The translations under genes were made by a program, and so were the position numbers. From Laetmonice hystrix (lineage: Eukaryota), in assembly GCA_965235115.1 (NCBI GenBank), contig OZ249436.1:23500001-23564000 (forward strand): 64,000 nt of DNA. Direction: 5' to 3'. The notes beneath the pieces were generated by a model. The model was not told the DNA's origin. It saw only the letters and a list, made by a program, of their open reading frames with translations, and did not search any database. How positions within the stretch are numbered: position 1 is the first letter of the stretch; the number at the start of each line of letters is the position of its first letter. Positions 26,049 through 38,556 of the stretch are shown here, one piece after another.

Positions 26049-26723
26049 AGCCCCAGTCCCACCAAAGCCGATTTTACTACGTTCCATGCCGTTCTATCAA
26101 GATCTAAAATGTATTTTAAGTCGTGATGAATCGTGATGAAATAATAACAACCCGAAGACCTAGCTACGAATTGTCACGTTCAACGGCGACTGGGCAACGG
26201 TTTTCCAAAGATCTCTCAACGATCACGCTACGTGCTATCATGTTCTATCTCGACATCCCCCCGACCGTCCCGACCGAGAAACAACTGCCGACCTATGCAG
26301 ATTGAGCTACGTCATATCAAGAACCCGACCCGATGTTTGACCAAGGATGTAGCAACGTTCTATGCCGTCTGAGCCCCAGCCGAGCTACGACCTGTCCCGA
26401 TGACGTCAGGGCTAGATCTAGGAAATGTCTGGCGATTGTCCTACGATCAACCAGGACTGAACAACGAACTATCCCGATTTTCGCACGACTATTCCCGACT
26501 GAGCAACGTTTGACCTACGGTATATCCCCGATTTGAGCTTTTTCCCGACCAATGCCGATTGTTTTGAACAGTTTAAAATTGTCGGGGTGCAATCGTGGCC
26601 TATCCCGACCTATGAGGATCTATCAAGACTACTGTACGACCGAGTTAGGACCTTTCCCGATTCTACACGATTTATCAGATCGTGACACGTCGTAGCTAAT
26701 TCGGCTTTGGTGGGACTGGGGTT
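26049..26723. mobile_element. Family C copy nested, inverted, inside another family C copy
   Basis: TTA TSD at 26046-26048 and 26724-26726, with the same TIRs. Confidence 0.8.
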
Positions 26724-26741
26724 TTAGCCCTGATCTAGACC

Positions 26742-27650
26742 CAGGGCTGGAATTTCCCACTCGTCCGGCTGCCCGAGACGAGTAAGTTTCGGTCCGGACG
26801 AGTAAGTCTAGCCCAGTATCTCGTCCGCCGGCCGAGTAACTATTTTGGTTAGGCCTACTGTTGTTTAAAGGGGGTGACCTTTTGGCGGCTCAATCTTTCT
26901 CCAGTGCAGTAACAACAGCGGGGGTCATTTGGCTGGCTCAGCTGACCCCGGCCCCTGTGTTTCAACTGGCCACCTGTGTGTCGCCAGAGTGCTCCTTTTG
27001 TTCATGTGTTGTTGTTTGTTCAGTGTGTGTCCTGAGTGGCTGTCGCAGCATCAGCATGGCCCAGCTACACTTATCTCTGAGCCAGGTAATCTGCCGACAT
27101 GCATCGCAACTGGAAACACGCCCCCCCCCCCCACCAACCAGCATCGTCCCCAAAGCGCCGATTGAATGATGAAAAAAGACATGACAGGGACGCCTGTGGA
27201 ATCAGCATGGCCGCAGAAGGCCAGACACAAGGCCTTATGGCCCACGTCATAGAGAAATTCAAAGTCCTGAAAACAACGCCTGTTCTTCTCTGGTGGAGAC
27301 AAATAGCGACTTTTTTGGAAAACCTTGAGAGGGGCTTTGACATGTGATTCAATTTGCTGTCCTAATTAACTGAAGCGCAAATCTGAAAAGCATTCAGTGG
27401 TCCATGAAGCCCATATATATGCTCAAGTTTATTAAACGTTTTTATGTATGACAGAGGTGTATGTGATTGCAAATAACTTGACTGGCTTGTAAATTACGAC
27501 TGTTTAATTAAAGCATAATACTCATCGACCATGCCTATTATCTTAAATTCTCTCTGAAATCCGGGCAAGTAACTTCTGATCTGGGCAAGTAACTTTTTCA
27601 GGCTACTTGCCCGACGGGCAAGTAGCCTAAAATTTGAAATTCCAGCCCTG
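26742..27650. mobile_element. hAT-like non-autonomous element with 6-bp TSD
   Basis: TAGACC|CAGGGCTGGAATTT ... AAATTCCAGCCCTG|TAGACC; the empty site is visible in the sister copy at ~32230-32250. Confidence 0.8.
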
Positions 27651-29917
27651 TAGACCTGATGTCATCGGGACAGGTCTTAGCTCGGCTGGGGCACGGCATA
27701 GAACGTTGCTACATCGTTTGTCAATCTTGGTATAGGTCGCCATACATCGGGCCGGGATCTTGATAGGTCGAAGCTCAATCTGCATAGGTCGGCAGTGAAC
27801 GTTGCTTTAGTCCTTGCGCTGTCGGGAAGGTCAGGCCGATGTCGGGATAGAACATGATAGATTCGTAGCTAGGTCTTCGGGTGTTCATGATTTCATCACG
27901 ATTCATCACGACTTAAACTAAATTTCAGATCTTGATAGAACGGCATAGAACGTCGTACAGTCGGCTTTGGTGGGACTGGGGCTTTACTCGTAAACAACCG
28001 GACCGTGTGGACGTTATATTTGTCCAATAATCATAATCAAGGTCGGAATAGAAATTTAATTACCGTTGCTCTCTGAAAATATCGATTTCATGCTCAGTGG
28101 AAGAAGTTTAGTATTAAAACGAAGGCTGCAAAGTTGCGATAACGGACCTCTTCGGAGAGCGTCGCCCGGCCAGAGTCACTACAGCTGGGGTGGTTTCTGA
28201 TGTTTCCGAAGAGCCTACATTCCTAACACCGCTTCTCGAAATTTCTGTAAATTTTTCCCTCGTCACTTTCTCTGATTGCTTTATAAACCTTCCTTTATGC
28301 TTCGCAGGCATATTCAGTCGTATACATGGGAACACTCCTGCTTATAAATAAGGTCGAAGTCGGCCGCCAAACAAAAATACTATGCAGCGGGAACTGACTT
28401 GAGTGGTGCAAAACACATATACCGGTGGTTCTGCTTGTGTGTTCATTACCTCAGACGTTTACAAACGTTGGGACTCCAAACATCATGTAGACAAGGTTTG
28501 TGAGCAGAGTAACACGTAATGTTACGCAATACGCCGCGGTGTGCAGCATTCGGCTCCAATGAACACACATGAAGGTCAAGGTAAGAACCAGCGGCGTCAC
28601 ATATCGGGCGGTTACACGTTAATTACTTCATTAAGACAATGCAATTGTGGCATTTATTGCCCTGAGGTAAATGCTGGTGTTTCATTTGGTCTACGAAACC
28701 TTATTTGCCGTGGGTGTTGTCCCTGCCTTTAATACATAAAAGATGCCCTGGATTGCAGATTGAGCTTCGTCCTATCAAGATCCTGGCCTGATTTATGCCG
28801 ACCTATACCCAGGCATGTCAGTGTTTCCGAGATCCGCCCAATTTCCGAGAATTGAAATTGGCACAAATCCGAGGAATAAAAGCCTAGCTAGGCCTAATTC
28901 AGAGCCCAAAAATATAGCATCCAGCACATTTTTGCTGACACCGTGCACACCTAGATATCTTCCATCAATACCGTGCCGTCCTGGGCACCCTCACCGGCCT
29001 CGGAAGGGCAGAGGAAGACATTGGCGTCAAGACGTGCTTCTGTTTACAAAGTTTCGGCGTCAGCGGAGAACTTTGCATCCGCTAAAAATCTACGGAGTGA
29101 AAGGCGTCTATCTGCTCTGCAATTGGCTATAAATACATGACAATTCAGTTGATATTATTATTTCCTCCAATGAGAACGCGTCGTTTATTCCCTCCCCTAT
29201 ATGCAAACACAAATGTCATGACTCATGGCGCCGACTGATGGATGGTGGTGCGACTTCGAGCGTGTTGATCCACGGGATCCATGCATTCATCTGGGTGTTA
29301 CCCAAAATCTAAGCCGAAGGAATGGAAAAGTCTACGTGAAAAAAATCTATTTGGCCTAGTTGAGGGGACGAGAGGTGGTGTAGGTTTGATACCTAGGATA
29401 AGCAAATCAGTCATGTGCACTAGTCGGCTGGCGGGCGTCTGGCTGACAGTGCCAGGAGAGGCGGTGTCGCTGCCTGGGTGAGCGTTCGGAAAACCTCGGC
29501 CCAACTTCCGGTCGCTTCGCTGTAGTTGTGCTCGGACACCCCTCGACGCATTGATATACATGGATTCCATGTATTGCCCCCGTGCGCAATGACACCACAC
29601 TGGCACAGGTAGTGAGATGCCGGCAAAAATTGAGTCCCTTATATATATAGTGGGTAGAGCCTCTATTAATGGTGTTAGTAAACTCATATAGACCAGATAT
29701 CATTATAAAGTTGTTGTTACGTTAACAACTTTGACCAAACATAGATTAATCGAATAAAATGACCCGGCAACTTCGCGACAGCTCTGCAGGGCCGCACGGC
29801 TGGCTCCCGGTGGGGATAGCTAGGACGGCCCGGCGGTCCGCGGGCTCCGAGTCGCCCTGGCTCATAATATTGAACCACTTTGAGTATGGATTTGCCGTAT
29901 TATTTACCTTGATTTGA

Positions 29918-30100
29918 CAGGGGTCCGTTCCACTAACGAAAGACGTCTTTAGCAAAGACGTCTTTGCCTTTGGAAAGACGTCTTTGCGGCGCCAATGTTA
30001 AAGAATAGGAGCTTAGTGGAACACCCGTCGCCGCAAAGACCTCTTTGGGCTCAGCGACCATTTCAAAGACGTCTTTCGGGCTTAGTGGAACGGACCCCTG
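29918..30100. mobile_element. Small Harbinger-like MITE
   Basis: Perfect TIR CAGGGGTCCGTTCCACTAA / TTAGTGGAACGGACCCCTG; internal AAAGACGTCTTT palindromes. Confidence 0.7.
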
Positions 30101-30899
30101 GATTCAACACAAGGGTGTTCAACATAACGCTTAACATGAGAGTCAAGTCGTCAAAATGAACCGTCACAATCGGCGTAAAATGAAAGAAGTCAATGTTCAA
30201 ACCGTCACAGAAAAACGGGTGTTACGATGAATTCAACGGTGGCGTGTAACGGTTTGACAGGCTACCTTGATTCGATCCTCTTATCACACGGATCATACAT
30301 GCTAAATAAGGGAATAGCCCACAAATTCGGTTTCAGTTTTTTGCCAACTATTAACGAAGAAAGCCGTCTATTGACACTGTGTGTAATGACAGCACCACAG
30401 CCCTACACAGCCCAGACACTGGCCGTTGTTTACATGGGACGCTACGACAATAGTGCGCTGACCCCATCTGACCCAATATGGCGACCTCCGATTGGTATCC
30501 GAGTCTCTCTACATCGTAAAGGGCTCGGTGTTCCGAATGCCTGGGTGAGGTGTGAGTTGCTGGGGGAAAACATTGCAAAATACGCCTTGCAGATCAGACA
30601 ACCCAGACCTTGCCATTAACAGTCTGCCCCAAGTCTGGAGCAGTGTTTACGTCCATCCAGCCTAAGATGGCGACCAACTGAAAGTGAAAAAATAATTGAG
30701 GATTTTAATTTTATTTTAATTTAAATTTTAATTCTCCCGGGTTGAAAACCTTCAAAAATGAATTTTTTTTTTTTTCAGTTAAAATGGGGGGGGGGGGGGG
30801 GGTGTTACCCATGTATTACAGCTGCCAAAAAGTTTCAGAGAATTTTGGTCTGAGCCACTGACAGGGCCTGTATACCAAGCCGGGGGGGGGGGGGGGGGG

Positions 30900-31835
30900 G
30901 TTATTTGCAGTTTCGAGGCCAAAAGGTCTGAAGGTGGTTTTAGATGCCAACTGTTGTGCCTCACCTGGATCTGACTGTCTTACAAGTTGAAACTGCTGGA
31001 TTTGGGTGTGAGGCATCATTTTAGGAGAATTCGCCAATTTTCAAAATGCGGAAATAATGACCCTGAATAATGGGGGGGGGGGGGGGTAGGGTAACATAAA
31101 CGCTTACAGAGGACGTGTATTTCATCATATTTTTGCAAATGATATGGCCACGTGACATTTTGACCTCTGGTGACCTTGATAATTAATATACACATATAAA
31201 TCATATATCATCTAAAAGTACTTTCTGTGGGCTTTCGAATGCTATCTCATTTGGAAAAATATGATAAGTACACGTGAACTGATTTGCAAACATCTGGGAG
31301 GACTGGTTTTCGGTAAATCTTCGAAATATGTTTTTTTTTCAGGAATTTACAGAAAATCAACGAATTTTTCAACTTTGTTGAAACTTTCCCAAAAACTTCC
31401 ATATAATGCTACAAAAAAACTATAAGAGATTGTTCAAAGAGAAATTCTCTCTCCCCATAGGTGGATGACAATGAGCATATGTCGAGATTTCAGCAAATCC
31501 TCTAAGCGATATCATGGCCACATGACCTTTTGGCCTGTGGTGACCTTGATAATTAATATACACATACAATACATATATCATCTAAAAATACTTTGTTTGG
31601 GCTTTCAAATGATATCTCATTTGCAAAAATATGATGAAATACACGTTCTCTATAAGCGTTATTATTATTCAGGGTCATTATTTTCGCATTTTGAAAATTG
31701 GCGAATTCTCCTAAAATGATGCCTCACACCCAGATCCAGCAGTTTCAACTTGTAAGACACTCAGATCCAGGTGAGGCACAACATTTCACATCTAAAACCA
31801 TCTTCAGACCTTTTGGCCTCAAAACTGCAAATAAA
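30900..31835. mobile_element. Foldback element with ~240-bp inverted arms
   Basis: 30900-31145 is the reverse complement of ~31610-31835; internal direct repeat ~31141-31260 vs ~31510-31640. Confidence 0.7.
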
Positions 31836-31846
31836 CCACCCCTGGC

Positions 31847-32148
31847 CAGGGTTTCCGGCAGAAAAAATATTTAGGGTACGGACCAGAGGAGGGGTTAGGG
31901 TTAGGGTTAGCCTAACCCGTAACCTTAACCCTAACTGCTGTTACAAATATGTGAATTAATCAAATAAAGACTGCATATACTGTACAAGATTGTATTTGAT
32001 TCCTTCAAGTTGCTCAAGGCATCATCAGGAGGTTTTTATCACTTCATGTAAAAATGGTTACCCAACGATTTTGAGGGTACGGATCCGTACCCTGGAAAAA
32101 TTTAAGGGTACGGAATTTTACTTATTTTACCCTCTGGCGAAAACCCTG
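31847..32148. mobile_element. hAT-like MITE with 5-bp TSD containing head-to-head TTAGGG repeats
   Basis: CTGGC|CAGGGTTTCCG ... CGAAAACCCTG|CTGGC. Confidence 0.7.
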
Positions 32149-33229
32149 CTGGCTCCCGGACTAATTGACCAACGATGTAGCAACGTTCTATGCCGTGCCC
32201 CAAACCGATCTACCACCTGTCCCGATGACGTCAGGTCTAGATCAGGGCTAGATCTGTGGTAGCCCCAGTCCCACCAAAGCTCAAATCGGGGATATACCAT
32301 ACTTCAAACGTTGCTCAGTCGGGAATAGTCCCGGGGGACAATCGGGATAGTTTGTTGTTCAGTCCTGTTTGATCGTAGGACAACTGCTAGAAATCCCAAA
32401 GATCGGTTGGCAGAAAACGTTGCTGAGTCTTTGCTCAGTCGGGAAGGTCGGGGCGATGTCGGGATAGAACATGATACTAGCACGCAGCGTGATCGTTGAG
32501 AGATCTTTGGAAAACCATTGCCTAATCGCCGTTAAACGTGACAAATCGTATCTTCTTTGGGTTGTCATTATTTCATAACGATTCATCATGACTTAAAATA
32601 AATTTCATATCTTGATAGAATGGCATAGAACGCAGTAAAATCGGCTTTGGTGGTACTGGGGCTTAATTTTCTGGGAACTGTCCTACGATAAACCAGGACT
32701 GAACAACAAACTATCACGATTGTTCCACGACTATTCCCGACTGAGCAACGTTTGACCTACGATATTGTCCCGATTTGAGCTTTTCCCCCGACCAATGCCG
32801 ATTGTTTTGAACAGTTCAAAATGGTCCCGACCTATGAGGATCTATCAAGACTAGGCCTACTCTACGACTGAGTTATGACCTTTCCCGATTCTACACGATT
32901 TATCAGATCGTGACATATCGTAGCTAATTCGGCTTTGGTGGGACTGGGGCTTTACTGTTGAGTAGTGATGTAAGCGCAGTGGCGCTTAGAGCCCCCTCTT
33001 CTGGGTTTAAGAATGAAAAGGGTTTCCGGAAAAGACAAGGAGTCGTGGTCTGCCTGTTCCACGCGTGGTTCGTTCGAGGAACATTTGGTGCCCAGACCCG
33101 GGAGTCCTTTTGTGGAACCAGAAAAAACGGTCCGGATGAAGTTGTGGAAACCCCTGTAGGCCTGGGGCCAAGTGAAAAGAAGTGGAATCGTAGGCCTAGC
33201 GTGTCGGTGCCACATGTTGAGCAATAATC

Positions 33230-33610
33230 CGCTGGAATGGGAGACTCGAGACGCATGCGCAACGGCACATTCCAGTAATATCCGCGTGGCGGCAGCACTG
33301 TCACCCCGGTCCTGTCTTCTGCACATTAGCATGACTTTATATAGGGCGACGAATTGCTAATCTGTGGCAGGATGCATTTAGACTATTTGTTATGAAAATT
33401 AATAACTCGATAGGCTCCGCCATGTTGAATAGCTCCTAAACGCACCATAATATTTCATAACAAATAGCACTACGGCACCCAGCTATAGATTAGCATTTCG
33501 TCGTCCTATCTAACGTCATACTAATGTGTCGCCATACGGGACCAAGGGGATAGTGCTGCCGCCACGCGGAAAAGAGGGGAACTCCATTATTTCGAGTCTC
33601 CCATTGGGAT
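33230..33610. repeat. Degenerate long palindrome (foldback MITE remnant)
   Basis: Inverted pairs AATGGGAGACTCGA/TCGAGTCTCCCATT, CCGCGTGGCGGCAGCACT/AGTGCTGCCGCCACGCGG and CTATTTGTTATGAAA/TTTCATAACAAATAG. Confidence 0.65.
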
Positions 33611-34604
33611 GGGCCCAAGCTAAAGACAGTAGGATGAGTAGCAGTCTTTGTTATATTACCGGTGCATGGAAGCTGAGTATGAGTTGGACACAGCCTATAG
33701 ACTTTGAGAGCTTGACAGTTTTGGTAGACAACGGTGCACAGAATTCGGAAGTTGTGCAACAACAAGTTATAGGAGTTGCGGGTAGTGGGGGACTTGGCAA
33801 GTTTGAGGTGTATCCAGTCTAGACAGAGTATCCGTCTCTGTACTACCGTATACAGAGACGGACGCCACGCAGTGCAAGTTCCTGGTGTGTTCGGTCAAAT
33901 CATCCAACCACCATGAAAACCCCTCCCCTGCCCATATGTATATCTGGACTGAATACTAATAAACACGCTTAAAGTAACTTATCTCACTTATTTCAAAGTT
34001 TGGAAAGCACGACGAGACATAATAAGGGCAGCACAAAGTCTGGAATCGACGAATTTCGCTCTCTGCCTATCGTGGCCATTTTGACCTCCCGGGTCAGGGA
34101 GTAGCCTGGTACCCTGCCTAACAGACGTGTCCGCTATGTTACGACATACGTAGAGCAGGGGACCTTGCTAGGTCAGAGAGATGCATGCTGGGACATAAAC
34201 AGGCAACGGAAGCCGCAGCTGTACGTTACTTCGGAATTTGATGTTTTATCCTTAAAATACTTGTCGACCAACTAAAAGAAGACGTTGCCGGTGATAAATG
34301 GATGCCGGCGAGTTGATCGGTAGTCCTACTTGAATTTGCGCTGCCACTGGCACACCAATTTTTAACATTGAGTGGTCGTCCTCACTGGCTGAGGCTTACT
34401 ACGTAGGCTATATCCAGTCTAGACTATGGCAAGTCACATTGAGGATGGAAATGGACATCTCCAGGTTGAAGTTACTTCCTTAGATGTTGGACTGCCATCA
34501 ACATTACACCAGAAGGAATACGGATCGTTATCCTCGGACCATGGATATAGTGACAGAATCTGATGGTGATCACCCACCACCCGTGATCACCCACCACCTT
34601 ATTC

Positions 34605-34775
34605 CCCTCCTCTCTTCTTCTCCCCCTCCCTCTCCTCCTTCTCCTCCTTCTCTTCCTCCTCCTTCTTCTTCTTCTTCTTCTTCTTCTTCTTCTTCTTCTT
34701 TTGCTTCTTCTTCTTCTTCTTCTTCTTCTTCTTCTTCTTCTGCTTCTTCTTCTTCTTCTGCTTCTTCTTCTCTCC
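34605..34775. repeat. (CCT)n/(CTT)n polypyrimidine microsatellite
   Basis: Directly visible triplet repeat. Confidence 0.95.
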
Positions 34776-35556
34776 ACCACGACATGGGCAAGAGCCAAGC
34801 CATTTTCAGCAGTATTAACCTTGAGTGCTGCGATAGCATGCATTTATAAGCATCAGTATTCTACCACTATTTGTCTGGTCCATGGTTCTTGTTGTTGTAG
34901 ATGTATATTGACTCCGCAAGAGTCAGAATGGAATAATTTTAGGGTCATTGATTGCCAGGGTGTAAATGCATTTTGTCGGGAGTTTTGTGCTGAAAACGCT
35001 TGAGTTCTTGAAAGCTCTTACTGCATCCTACTGGATCTTACTGGAATCGTATCATAATCATCCAGGATCTTGGAACTTCGTATAGATAAGCAAACAGTCA
35101 GTGACTCCATGCAAGTTGAGGGCTGACCTTGCTGCGACAAAAATGACATAAATTTGACATAACGCTTGATCGATTTTGATGAAATAAAGACTATATCTCA
35201 TGTAAGAAGATTCCCCGACAGGTTTTGGGGAAACATAGATTCTGAAGTTCTGAAGTCTTTTTTTTTTGGGGGGGGGGGGGGGGGGGTGGAGGGGCACCCT
35301 GTATTCTAATTTGTCAGCACTTCCTATGGAACGTATGAACCTTTAAATATGTTTGATTGGAGTAGCACGTAGTATGTACTCCAATGGTGAAGAGAATGTT
35401 GAGTATTACTGTATGCAAAGTGTGAGTTGTACACAGTTTGTAGTCCTTCACAGCTTATAGACTTTGATACCTTGACAGATAATGCTTGGAGCCCCCCTTC
35501 TGGATTGGCGTAGTAGCGCTTAGAGCGCCCGCTTCTGGTTTTTCAAGAAAAATAAA

Positions 35557-36200
35557 TACACAGGAACGACCGAGTGTGTGATACGGGATTCTGTATCAGA
35601 CGAGGCGGCAAGCGCGGAGTAATATCAGCACGAGTGCGAAGCACGAGTGCTGATGTGCCACCGAGTCTGATACAGAATCCCGTTATCACACAAGAGTTTG
35701 TTCCTGTATTTATTATACCTTTTTCATATATTAATTAATGGTAATATAATATTTAAGTTGGATTAATTGTTTCTAACTTAGTAAAAATGCCCTGTATTGC
35801 TGACTATTTTATGTGACGCGATTACAACATTGTGACATAACTATGACGATGAATTATGGCGTAGGTCATTTTGACGACATCGTTCATGGTAACAATTCAA
35901 CAAAAGGATTGTGACGTAAGGTAACAGTGGAACAAATGAATTGTGACGTAGGTATTAAAACACGCACTCTCCGTTCATTGGTGGAAAAATGAGTTCGGGT
36001 CAGATCTGGGTCAGTAAACAGTGGTGATACAGGAGTAGGCCAAACACAAATCACATGGTACAAATGCTGAATGTTTATTGGTGCAAAACTGGGTCGCACT
36101 ATTTTTGGTCAGTGGACAGGGGTAGGCCTTAATACAGATATTTTTATTACACTAGTAGCTCAGCCAATCAGCGCTCGTTATTTAGTGCAAAGGTATAATA
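35557..36200. mobile_element. Inserted element with a long 5' hairpin, unclassified (possibly Crypton-type non-autonomous)
   Basis: Interrupts a repeat seen uninterrupted at ~32980-33060. Arms TGTGTGATACGGGATTCTGTATCAGAC / GTCTGATACAGAATCCCGTTATCACACA surround CAGCACGAGTGCGAAGCACGAGTGCTG; second inverted pair TTTATTATACCTTT / AAAGGTATAATAAA. Confidence 0.5.
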
Positions 36201-36375
36201 AAAGGGGCTTCCGGAAAAGAAAAGAAAAGATGGAGTCGTGGTCGGTCCGTTCCACAGATTGAACCGTGGCAAGTTACGAGCATGGATGTGTGGGTAACAG
36301 CTACTGTTCAAAGACCTTTCACAGAGCCTCACAATAGTCTCACCCTCGATGTACTTGGACCCATTTTTTATTTAG

Positions 36376-36555
36376 GTTCCCCTGGTTTCAACGGAGCACC
36401 GGGAAGTGACGGCCGCCCCGGCACAACAGGAATCCCCGGGGGACGTGGACCCACCGGAGTATCAGGCCTACCAGGAGCACCTGGCCAGACGGGCCTCACG
36501 GGGGACCCTGGACGTGAGGGGGCCACTGGTCCGTCAGGACTACCAGGCATACCAG
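36376..36555 (+). CDS. Collagen exon 3 (180 nt)
   Basis: Acceptor TTATTTAG; 20 perfect Gly-X-Y triplets GSPGFN...GLPGIP; donor G|GTATAT. Confidence 0.9.
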
Positions 36556-36871
36556 GTATATATAGCAGCTGAAACCTGAACGTTGTTAAGTAAACTTTAT
36601 TAAAATGGAGTATGTAGGCCTACAAGTGTTATCACAGGAGTGGGTGATACAAATGAATCACGGAATTTATTTATTACTGACTTCTCAATATATTGCATGG
36701 GGACCATACTTCCATTCCCTGATTCTTATGGCAGTGAAATACATTATGTCTACGGTGCGGAATGATAAATCGACATTCCGACAGATAATGCATTCAACAA
36801 AACCCACCGGTCCATTTTAAACACGTAGCTTTGCAAAAACAATATTTCAAAATTAACTCCTTAAGGTAAGA

Positions 36872-37958
36872 GTGAATCAAGGTATATTCCGTTAATTCGT
36901 TTTACTATCCTAAAGTTATGAAAATAAAATAGGAAAAAGAACTATTTTCCTTTTTTTCTATATAAAACCCCACAAAAGGAAATGGGAAATAGGTTTCAAC
37001 CTCTGTTTACCTATTTCCTATTTTAGTATAGGAAATGAATTCCAACGTCCGTTTGTGCATGTGCGTTTTAAACATCCTTGAAGTCAAAGGAAATAGAAAA
37101 TTGCTTTCAACTTCCGCTTACCTATTTCCCATATTCATATAGGAAATGGGGTTCAAGTAGGCCAAATTCCACCTGTGATAAAATACTGTCACTAGAAGAG
37201 TTTGCGGGAGGCATCTGACAAATGCTAAATGATGGTAAATCATATGCAAAGATGTTTTACATCTAGTATAAAGGGGGTCTTTGGAGGCAAATATAATTGA
37301 TGATGGGCATGCCTAGTCGAGTTGGCCTCGAGGTTACCATGCTACCAGTGCTGACAAATAGGCTGAGGACTAAGCCTGGTGGTTTAATTGACATGGTCTT
37401 GAATGTCACAAGTATAGTGGAAATATGGAGAGCCATAGGCCTAGCAGGGCCGTACGCAGCCTAAAATTGCTGGGGGGGGAGCAGACCTAGGTTCGGAAGG
37501 GCACTTGCTCGTTTCGTCATGATTACTGGGGGGGGGGGTAGCGCAGCTGCCAAACTGCTCCCCCTCCCGCTAGGTACGGCCTGGCCGCCGAAATATAGGC
37601 CTATGGCGATCCTTCAAAGTATACCTTGGCGACTTCCGAATGTTAAAGTGAAAATAGGTAAAGGGTCGCTGAAATGCATTTACTATACATAATAGGAAGT
37701 AGGTCAATAAAATTCAAAGCCATTTCCTATTTCCTTTTGTGGACGTTTAGAGAGAAAATAGGAAAAAAGTTCCCTACAAACTATTTACCGGTACTACAGG
37801 AAATAGAAAATAGGTAAACATGAACCCAAACCGCTTTCTAAATTCTTTTTTTAAGTTTTCAAATAGGAAATAGGAAATGAGTTGCGTTTTACTATTTTCA
37901 AATCTAATTGTTAAAATAGGAAAACGAAATAACGGTAGACTCTATATACCTTGATTCA
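36872..37958. mobile_element. Degenerate foldback element with a small CAGGGCCGTAC...GTACGGCCTG MITE (37445-37583) near its centre
   Basis: TGAATCAAGGTATAT / ATATACCTTGATTCA ends; many ATAGGAAA/TTTCCTAT motifs. Confidence 0.55.
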
Positions 37959-38049
37959 ATCCAGACTGTTTCCTTCACACAAAAATTGTGCTATGGCGAC
38001 ACATGGTTTCCTTCGGTAATTAGTAATTGATGGGAGTAATTGTGGACAG

Positions 38050-38193
38050 GTTCGCCGGGATCACTGGGCCCGCGTGGTCCATTGGGCGGACTCGGACGGA
38101 GGGGGCCGACAGGAGGTATCGGCGCCACGGGACTCGACGGCCTACCCGGCGTGAATGGACGACCGGGCTTCGAGGGTGAAACCGGCGCTACAG
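38050..38193 (+). CDS. Collagen exon 4 (144 nt)
   Basis: Acceptor GGACAG with a weak pyrimidine tract; 16 triplets GSPGSL...GETGAT; donor G|GTATAG. Confidence 0.85.
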
Positions 38194-38556
38194 GTATAGG
38201 CCTAGTAGTGGGGAGGTTTAGCTGAGATATTCAAACCTTCTGTGCATTTTTTGATGAAAGCACCCAATTTGGCAGAGCATAACATATTATGAACAGAGCA
38301 AGCCCAACTACCCCCTGACGCCGTCCAAAATGGCCACCACTGTAAGAGGTATGCATTGCATTGTGCGAGTAGCACCCCTCACACGGATGTTAATGAAGAA
38401 TGAGAATATAGTGAAGGTGGTGTTCATGATAGCGACTTCATACTTTTATTCCATCGACGTAGAATTACACTGCTGGTGTTGCGACTCTCTGACTCTATAT
38501 GTACCCAAAAGCTAGAGAGCAGAAAACTCAATGTTACAGTTAAACTAAGGGGTATA

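Larger units (their letters stand above)
25766..27983. mobile_element. Harbinger-like MITE family C, outer copy
   Basis: TIRs AGCCCCAGTCCCACCAAAGCCGA / TCGGCTTTGGTGGGACTGGGGCT; absent at the matching site (~5760) in K1 copy 1. Confidence 0.8.
24764..28425. mobile_element. Kolobok-like family K1 copy 2 (right end lost)
   Basis: Starts AGGCAATCGCGCC at the internal TTAA position of K2 (TGAA in this copy); colinear with 3232-6510. Confidence 0.75.
24654..28728. mobile_element. Kolobok-like foldback MITE (family K2), expanded by nested insertions
   Basis: TTAA|AGGGATGGAAAAC...ACGGCAAATAAGG ... CCTTATTTGCCGT...CCT|TTAA; uninterrupted copy at 45386-45831. Confidence 0.75.
23780..32951. mobile_element. 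Harbinger-like MITE family C composite, split into three pieces (23780-23976, ~28750-28810, ~32160-32951) by later insertions
   Basis: Termini AGCCCCAGTC(T/C)CACCAAAG ... CTTTGGTGGGACTGGGGCT; the pieces join colinearly as the reverse complement of 25766-27983. Confidence 0.65.

Noticed and set aside
31890..31936. Chromosome end-to-end fusion site
   Set aside because: It is only a few repeat units and lies inside a TSD-flanked 302-bp MITE.
34472..35003. Poly-Arg, poly-Glu, poly-Ser and poly-Leu ORFs
   Set aside because: They are translations of the (CTT)n microsatellite in different frames.
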